Below are positions 56,117-64,000 of a stretch of 64,000 nt of DNA, piece after piece. Position 1 is the first letter of the stretch, and the number at the start of each line of letters is the position of its first letter. The DNA lies in the NCBI GenBank assembly GCA_964016885.1, contig OZ024752.1:10912001-10976000 (forward strand). Direction: 5' to 3'. The position numbers and the translations under genes were made by a program. Origin of the DNA: Eledone cirrhosa (taxonomy: Eukaryota). Below the pieces are notes generated by a model that searched no databases, had not been told where the DNA came from, and saw only the letters and a list, made by a program, of their open reading frames with translations.

Positions 56117-56564
56117 CTATCTATGATAATAGAAAGAAGACAGTCAATTAAAGGAAACCAAAATAAAAAAGGATTTGAAAAGAAGTAAGAAAGAAAGGGA
56201 CAAGCAGCGGATGAGAGAGAGCGAGGGAAGACACTACACCCCAATATAAGTGGTGCCTCAACGACGCCCCGCGGACACAATGACAAAGGCTTTACCACGG
56301 AGAATGACCAGAGACACCAGCTTCACTATCCACCCCAGTTCACGGGGCTCCCTTGTCAAGTGAGCCGCCATGTTTCCGATTTTACGGAGGAGGTCTGACC
56401 TATCTAAAAAGGTTTATATACGCCCTACATTTCTGTTTGTTCCATTCCAACTAATATATATCTCAATATGTGTATGCTTAGTGTGTCATTGGATTTGGAA
56501 TATGAGTCATAATTCTGAAGCTAAAGTGTCTTTTATGCCTGCCAGTGTATATTTTATTTGTGGA

Positions 56565-57152
56565 AGTACCAGTAATGCACTGGGTAATTGCTGTAATAAA
56601 GTACTAGTACTACACTGGAGTAATTGCTGTAATAAAGTACCAGTAATGCAATGGTTTATTACTGTAATAAAGTACTAGTACTACACTGAGGTAATTGCTG
56701 TAATAAAGTACCAGTAATAGACTGGAGTAATTGCTGTAATAAAATACCAGAAATGCACTGGGTAATTGCTGTAATAAAGTACCAGTAATAGACTGGTCAA
56801 TTGCTGTAATAAGGTACTAGTAATACACTGGGTTAATTTCTGTAATAAAGTAACAGTAATACACTGAGGTATTTGCTGTAATAAACTACCAGTAATGCAC
56901 TGCGTAATTGCTGTAATAAAGTACCAGTAATACACTGGGGTAATTGCTGTAATAAAGTATCAGTAATGCACTGCGTAATTGCTGTAATAAAATACCAGTA
57001 ATACACTGGCGTAATTGCTGTAATAAAGTACCAGTAATGCACTGGGGTAATTGCTGTAATAAACTACCAGTAATGTACTGAGTAATTGCTGTAATAAAGT
57101 ACCAGTAATGCACTGGTCAATTGCTGGCCTTGTGCCAAAAGTAGAAACAATT
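56565..57152 (+). repeat. 35-36-bp tandem array (~16 units) derived from the SINE 3' part, ending in a normal SINE tail
   Basis: The unit is AATAAAGTACCAGTAATGCACTGGGTAATTGCTGT. The final unit continues GGCCTTGTGCCAAAAGTAGAAACAATT. Confidence 0.93.
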
Positions 57153-57196
57153 CTATATTTCTGGCAATATAACAAGTAGCCCTCCTCAAATGTAAC

Positions 57197-57681
57197 AACT
57201 ATCTAGATATGAGAATAAATGCATTCATATTTTCATTGTTTCACGAACTAATTGATAAGAAGTCAATGTTTAAACAGTATTACATCATGTCTTTATCTTG
57301 TATCCCAGGTAACTCTGTCGACCAAGTCCCATTTGACAGTAGATTTAATATAAATACTAGACCATGACCCGTTTGGTCACGTTCACTTCATAATATTTAT
57401 TTATAAATCATGTTCACTTAAAAATATTTTTTTTAAATATATATATATATACACACACACATACATGTATATGTATGTATATTTAAAAAATATTTATGTA
57501 TATATGTATGGGTGTGTGTTATATATATATATATATATATGGGTGTCTGTGATCTATATACACTGGTCACAAACAGAGACACACACACACATATATATAA
57601 ATATATATATATATATATACACACACACATACATATATATGTATATTTTAAAAATATTTATGTATATGTATGTGTGTGTGT

Positions 57682-57717
<36 letters not shown>

Positions 57718-58790
57718 GTATCTGTGATCTATATACACTGGTCACAAACAGAAACACACACATATATATATACACAACAACACCACCACCAGCTCTCTCT
57801 CTCTCTCTTCAATTCTTATTCTCCTCTCCATCTTACTATGTCTCTCTTTCAATCTACTCTCTCACAACCTCTCGATCTCTCTCTGTTTATGAAGGTACCC
57901 AGATAAACTCATATCTCAGGAACCCGTGGTCCAATTTATGCGAATCTTGTTTTATTCCATTTCTAATCCCATTTCAGTGTCAACTTCCTTTCAAAGTATT
58001 TTCCCATTATGCGCCATTTTGGCTGTATTACATTACAGCCAAGCAAGCAAGGTATCACAGACTTTTAGTAGTATATAGATAAATTAGTGGATAAGAAATC
58101 ACTACTATTTGTTTGAAATAAGTGTGTCTATTTTAGGCACAAGGCCAGTAATTTACCAGTACATTACTGGTACTTTATTTTATTGACCCCGTCAGGATGA
58201 AAGGCAAAGTTAACCTCGGCGGGATTTGAACTCAGATCATAAAGGGACTATTTGTTTGAAATAATTGTTTCTACTTTTGGCACAAGGCCAGCAAATTACC
58301 AGTGTATTACTGGTACTTTATTTTATCGACCCCGTAAGGATGAAAGGCAAAGTTAACCTCGGCGGGATTGTTTGAAATAATTGTTTCTACTTTTGGCACA
58401 AGGCCAACAAATACCCAGTGTATTACTGGTACTTTATTTTATCGACCCCGTAAGGATGAAAGGCAAAGTTAACCTCGGCGGGATTGTTTGAAATAATTGT
58501 TTCTACTTTTGGCACAAGGCCAGCAATTATCCAGTTCATTACTGGTACTTTATTTTATCGACCTGGTAAGGATGAAAGGCAAAGTTAACCTCGTTGAAAT
58601 AATTATGCTTCAAATATTAACAAAACTATCTAGATATAAGAAAAAATGCAATGCATATATTCATTGTTTCACGAACTAATTGACTGGTAGTCAATGTTTA
58701 AAGAGTATTACGTCATTTTTTAAACTTGTATCCCAGATAACTCTGTTCGACTATTTTCATTTGACAGTAGATTTCATATAAATATAACAC
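57197..58790. repeat. Diverged ~160-bp direct duplication (57197-57355 and 58624-58785), with a ~180-bp tandem microsatellite duplication at 57437-57775
   Basis: AACTATCTAGATAT...TTCATTGTTTCACGAACTAATTGA...TTGACAGTAGATTT occurs twice. Confidence 0.75.
58109..58603 (-). mobile_element. Four tandem 5'-truncated SINE units separated by TTGTTTGAAATAA
   Basis: Periods are about 143, 117 and 117 bp. Confidence 0.9.
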
Positions 58791-59490
58791 TAAGATTCGT
58801 TGTGTTGAAATGTATGAATGAAAACCAACGTCAGCATTATTTTCTTCAATATTTATCCTCACATAATCACTTCTTGGGGATAATTTTGTGCTATTTTTCG
58901 CAACTGCATCATCTAACATAGTAACATAATATGTAAATGACATTTTGTGGTAACATCTGATCATACTTGTAATCTCCTCCACATATATATGACAGAATTG
59001 ACATTTTCAATTACATCAGCGGAGATTAAATGCTACGCTAGCAGTTTTATTGAAGAATTATATTGTAACCACCACATGCTATTCGATTGAAAAGTATAAC
59101 CTTTAAAATGTAACGTGATCTAGCAGTCAGATGTCCAGTAGAGATATACTATATATCAATGCTGGTATAATTCTCTAGTTTACGACCGGAAACAGGAATA
59201 TGCACCACATACGTTTCTAAGCAGAGTTCATATCTGCCATAACATTGTAAATCTAAATTTGGCAAGTAATTCTTGGTTGAGTGTTTCATAAGGGCTGGAT
59301 CACTTCTCTTGTCCTCCTGAGTAGCTAACATGGGCTGAGAGACTGATACTATATAATACATTACCTAAAGTCGTTCAGCAATGTTTTGTTCTCGTTTTTT
59401 TTTTCTATTTTCAACCGAGACAGGTGATGAGACAGTGTCTAGTAGATATCATAAACTTCCTATTTACGGCACATATTATCGAACTCTTTA

Positions 59491-59865
59491 TAATTGTTTC
59501 TACATTTGGCACAAGGCCAGCAATTATCCCAGTGTATTACTCGTACTTTATTTATGGACCCCGTAAGGATAAAAGGCAAAGTTAACCTCGGCATGTTTTG
59601 AACTCAGACCGTAAAGGACCGTAATACTGCTGCAAACATGGCGTCTGTCGCTCTACCGATACTGCCAATCCACCGCCCTTTAATAATTGTTTATACTTTC
59701 GGCACAAGGCCAGCAATTATCCCAGTGTATTACTGGTACATTATTTTAACGACCCCGTAAGGATGAAGTTAACCTCGGCGGGATTTGAATTCAGAATGGC
59801 AAGGGCCGTAACTCTTTGCGTCAAAGCATGGCGTCCGACCCTCTACCGATACTGCCAATCCACCA
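59491..59865 (-). mobile_element. Two tandem SINE copies
   Basis: Match the family consensus. Confidence 0.9.
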
Positions 59866-60535
59866 ATAATAAAAACCCACCTGTAAGTATGTACATATGA
59901 ATGTGGGTGTATCTGTTAAAATGTGTACATGTGCTTGTAAGTTTCATTGTCTCTAATCACTTAAGGCCCCCATGGGTTACTAATGACCACGGATTTTCAC
60001 CTAGAAAGTTTCCCTTCCAGGAACAACCCTGGGTAAGTTTTATTTTTGAAAGGCCAGTAGTCACCCATGCATAGCAGTCTCCTCACTAAACGCCACTGAT
60101 GATGCCCAAGGGAAAGGCAATGGCCGATATAGCTTGGCACCTGTGACGTCGTAACTCATTTCTACAGCTGAATAAACTGGTGCAAAGTAAATTAAAGCTT
60201 AGCGTGAGGAATTTAGTGAGATAGCTACACGGGTTTTGAGGAGAGCAATCTTCAACAACAATTGGGGGTTCGCTTTAAAAATGGCCATCAGATTAGAATT
60301 TGTGTTGAGTAACATTATATTACGTGGAGATTTACTTAGTAACTTAAAATATTCTGTTAGGAATATCAACGTGAGGAACCTACTTGCGGTGAGATTGACA
60401 GTTGATCAATTAATTATTTCGTCAATGCCAAACAGGTGTGGCAACAAACAGTGTGTCAAATACCAAACTACAGTTTGGTATTTGACGCGACACAATGAGC
60501 GTTAGCTACCCGATTTAATACATAAGTGATTTAAT

Positions 60536-60938
60536 ATATAAGGGCTAAAAGAAAATACAGGAGGATATGTAATTATGACTTTATTCAATATATTCCCCTC
60601 ACAGATTCACACCCTTATTGCAGCGGTCTTTCAGTGTTTCTAAGGCCTGTAAATATAACTCGGAAGGTTGGGCCTCCAACCTAGTCTCTTAAATACCCTT
60701 AAAGCTAGGAACGGTTAGGCATCTCCTTGTATATTATTAGCGGGCCCTGGCTAGGGTAAAAGAAAATAGAGTATCAGTTAATTATGATTTTATTCAACAT
60801 CTTCCTCTCAGATCACACACTTATTACAGTGATCCTTACCTTATTCCTAACACCATAAAAAGACTCGGAAATCTGGAACTCCAACCAGGTCTCCGTAGCA
60901 ACGATCAAGCTAAGAACCTTTCAGTACACTTTTGTATC
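60536..60938 (-). mobile_element. Two tandem ~200-bp mariner-derived MITEs
   Basis: The minus strand retains the mariner C-terminus remnant KDRCNK.VNL.GEYIE*. Decayed GCTAGGAAC..CA TIR-like ends are visible. Confidence 0.75.
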
Positions 60939-61186
60939 TATAAGCGCTTTTTTTCTATGTATTTCAACTGCTCAGAGGGATTAGCTGGCCTGATTGCAGG
61001 ATTTACTATAGTGCCTGCCTTGATGAACATACGCAAATCTCGACAACGAAGGTGGAATGTGAGAGAAGCCGACAACAAGTTTGAAATACAGGGAATTTAC
61101 GTTGTATAGTTTTGAATTTTCTCCAGTGTCCATAAAACTAATATGTATCATATTGTACCACCCTGAATGTTATTTTAGTTAAGAAT

Positions 61187-62125
61187 TAAATCATTAATAA
61201 TTGTTTCTACGTTAGGCACAAAGCCAGCAATTTTCCAGTGCATTACCGGTACTTTATTTTATCGACCCCGTAAGGATGAAAGGCAGAGTCAACCTCGGCG
61301 GGATTTGAACTCAGATCGTAAAGGGACGTAACTATGCTGGAAAGTTTGGCGTTCGACCCTCTACCGATACTGCCAATCCACCGTCCTCTGAATAAATAAT
61401 TGTTTCTACTATTGGCACAAGGCCAGCAATTATCGCAGTGCATTACTGGTACTTTATTTTATCGACCCCGTAAGGATGAAAGGCAAAGTTAACCTTGGCG
61501 GGATTTGAACTCAGAATGGCAAGGGCCGTAACTCTAAAATCATTAATAATTGTTTCTACTTTAGGCACAAGGCCAGCAATTATCCAGTGCATTACTGGTA
61601 CTTTATTTTATCGACCCCGTAAGGATGAAAGGTAAAGTTAACCTCGGCGGGATTTGAACTCAGACTGTAAAGGGACGTAACTATGCGTCAAAGCATGGCG
61701 TCCGACGCTCTACCGTTACTGCCAATCCACCGCCATTTTCTAAAATCATTAATAATGGTTTCTAGTATAAACAAAAAAGCCAATAATTTGTCGGGAGGGG
61801 AAGTCGATTAAATCGACCCCAGTATATTACAGGTGCTTTATTTTACCGACCCCGTAACGATTAAAAGCAAAGCTAACCTCGGCGGATTTGAACTCAGACC
61901 GTAAAGGACCGTTACTCTATGCTGCAAAGCATGGCGTCCGACTGTCTACCAATACTGGCAATCCACTGCCCTAATAAAAGAAATCATTAATAATAATATT
62001 GTTATCATTAATATTATTATTTTTATTATTATTACTTTTATATCCTTACGGGGTCGATAAAATAAAATACCAGTAATGTACTGAGATAATTGCTGGCCTT
62101 GTGCCAAAAGTAGAAACAATTATTA
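61187..62125 (-). mobile_element. Cluster of four minus-strand SINEs plus one plus-strand fragment (62040-62125)
   Basis: They match the family consensus, and the junction motif AAATCATTAATAAT is repeated four times. Confidence 0.9.
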
Positions 62126-62285
62126 TTACTATTATAATTGAAAGAGTGTCAGAGAGATGTAAAAGTGCTTTAAATTATTTTCCAGCTTCATTTCTAAGGT
62201 CGATTAAATAAAGTACTTCGCTCGATATTATCGAATCAACATCGCCTAAAAACTTCTGATATTGTGTTCACGATAAACCGTCATT

Positions 62286-62927
62286 ATAGAGCGAAATTAA
62301 CGTATATTCGCGAAATCTCCATGTTATCTCGGATCAGCTTGTCAGAACATCAACAGCTGAATTAAAGAAACACAAATAACAACAACAATAGCGATAAAAA
62401 TAATTGTTTCTACTCTTGGCGCAAGGCCAGCAATTATCCCAGTGTATAACTGGTACTTTCTTTTATCGACCCCGTAATGATGAAAGGCACAGTTAATCCC
62501 GCCGACGTTAACTTTGCCTTTTCGTCCATACGGGGGCGATAAAATAAAGTACCAGTAATGCAATAAGATAATTGCTGGCCTTGTGCCAAAAGTAAAAACA
62601 ATTATATTTTAGCTGCTGTTGGCCGTGAATTGGTAATATCGGAAGAGGGCCGGACGCCATGCTTTCTGGCATAGATACGCTCTTTTACGGTCTGAGTTCA
62701 AATCCCGTCGAGGTTAACTTTGCCTTTCATACTTACGGGGTGGTCGATAAAATAAAGTACCAGTTATACACTGGGATAATTGCTGGCCTTGTGACAAAAG
62801 TAGAAACAATTATTGTTATCGTTATTGTAGTTGTTATTTGTGTTTATTTGATTCAGCTGTGGATGTTCTTAGAAGCCGATTCGAGATAACATGGAGATTT
62901 GGCGAATATACGTTAATTTCGCTCTAT
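62286..62927. repeat. Diverged ~210-bp inverted duplication including SINE 3' half and unique flank
   Basis: Arms are 62286-62496 and 62714-62927; the spacer contains further SINE pieces. Confidence 0.85.
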
Positions 62928-63129
62928 GTTTTTCTACATAGCCTCCAGATTTGTTAAGAATTGTACACAATCAAACATACATATTAGTTTCTTTCCAAGG
63001 TCTCATGTACTTTACAAGCTTCAGTAAATTAAATATCGTTTGCAGAAGATATATTTAAATAACACATACATTTTATTGCTTCTCATGCAGTTTTGTTTTG
63101 TTTGATTTTTTCACAAAACATTTCCTAAC

Positions 63130-63830
63130 TTTCATCCTTAAAGATCACTCGTTTTCTCTATCAGAATCTGAAGACACATACACGCTTGCTCACATACAGT
63201 CAAACACTGACAGTGTGTGTGTCTATATGGTGGCTGCCAACTCGTTTTTTAGTACGGCTACTACTTTATATCCATGTAGGAGAACCCCTACCGATGCGCT
63301 GAACGAGTGTCACTTTTTACTCCAGCCAGCGACTTGAAAACTCTGGTTCAAACACTACACTTGTGACAATTATTGACACATAGTGCTGGACCCTTGGTAC
63401 CATGTGACGACAAGTGCAGAGAGATCTCCAGATATAAAGCAATGCCTGTGCCGTGAAGCTTTTATAGTGAGCAAAGGCACTGCACAAAGCCAGTCCCACT
63501 CTCTTAACCAAGATGATATTTACCAAAAAGAAGAACAAGTCAACATCATTGGATACCATCAGGGTTGCAGGTGTTATATCAGAGTTTTCCTTCTCCTAGA
63601 ATTCTGCCTTGACAAAGGCTAAGGGGTCACCTCTCCCAGTGATTTTGGATGGCCATTGACTCTTCAGAGCTCCTTTGCCAGGTTTTGTTTTTAGTCCTGC
63701 AGGATGTCCAAAGTCACCCTCCTCACCAAGAAACCTTGGTTGGGTTGCCAGTTTAGTCGCCAACGACCCGACCAATAGACAGGTTGTACTGAGATACATG
63801 TTACCAGTAGCACCAACTGGTGACCTGACA
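63130..63830 (-). mobile_element. Probable decayed, internally deleted RTE-type element (5'UTR-like segment plus 3' remnant)
   Basis: The minus-strand TTGGTGAGGAGGGTGACTTTGGACATCCTGCAGGACTAAAAACAAAACCTGGCAAAGG resembles molluscan RTE 5' UTRs from memory. The coding part is not clearly readable. Confidence 0.4.
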
Positions 63831-63857
63831 TGCACACATACATACACACACATTATA

Positions 63858-63899
<42 letters not shown>

Positions 63900-64000
63900 T
63901 AGGTAAATATACACGGGTGTGTATGATTGTGTATAGAAGATTATATTAATAAGAGGAATTCCAACTTTGTCTGATTTACTCGTTTTATTTACAATCCTTT

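Noticed and set aside
56565-57120. CRISPR-like 35-bp palindromic repeats (also the 25-bp, 61-bp and 13-kb arrays)
   Set aside because: There are no unique spacers and no cas genes, the context is eukaryotic, and this unit derives from the SINE.
59213-59364. Candidate minus-strand exon
   Set aside because: It has an open frame with plausible splice sites but no recognisable protein and no partner exons.

Overview
This is AT-rich, repeat-saturated eukaryotic (animal) DNA with no convincing host protein-coding exon. The SINE and MITE families resemble those I recall from octopod cephalopods, which is an inference and was not searched. The window holds roughly 45 copies or fragments of one tRNA-derived Nin/Deu-domain-like SINE and two minor SINE families. 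DNA transposon relics are a long-TIR mariner with in-frame deletions, a Tc1, a DD37D/maT and two mariner MITEs. There is also a deleted Helitron, several RTE LINE 3' ends, a CRE-clade RT/REL LINE with two fragments, and two Penelope-like elements (PLEs), one a stop-free Naiad-like RT-end plus GIY-YIG ORF. Microsatellites are abundant and generate most of the ORF track as artefacts. The most interesting signals are three. (1) About a dozen hammerhead-ribozyme-like cores lie in short segments, mostly bounded by (AT)n and often folded back, some with unusually long stem II inserts. (2) Three tandem arrays arise from or abut transposons: a 30 x 99-bp in-frame RTE array, a 25-bp array fused to a Helitron 5' end, and a 35-bp SINE-derived array. 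(3) SINE copies appear to have re-inserted serially at one target motif. Coordinates were read by eye and element boundaries are approximate.
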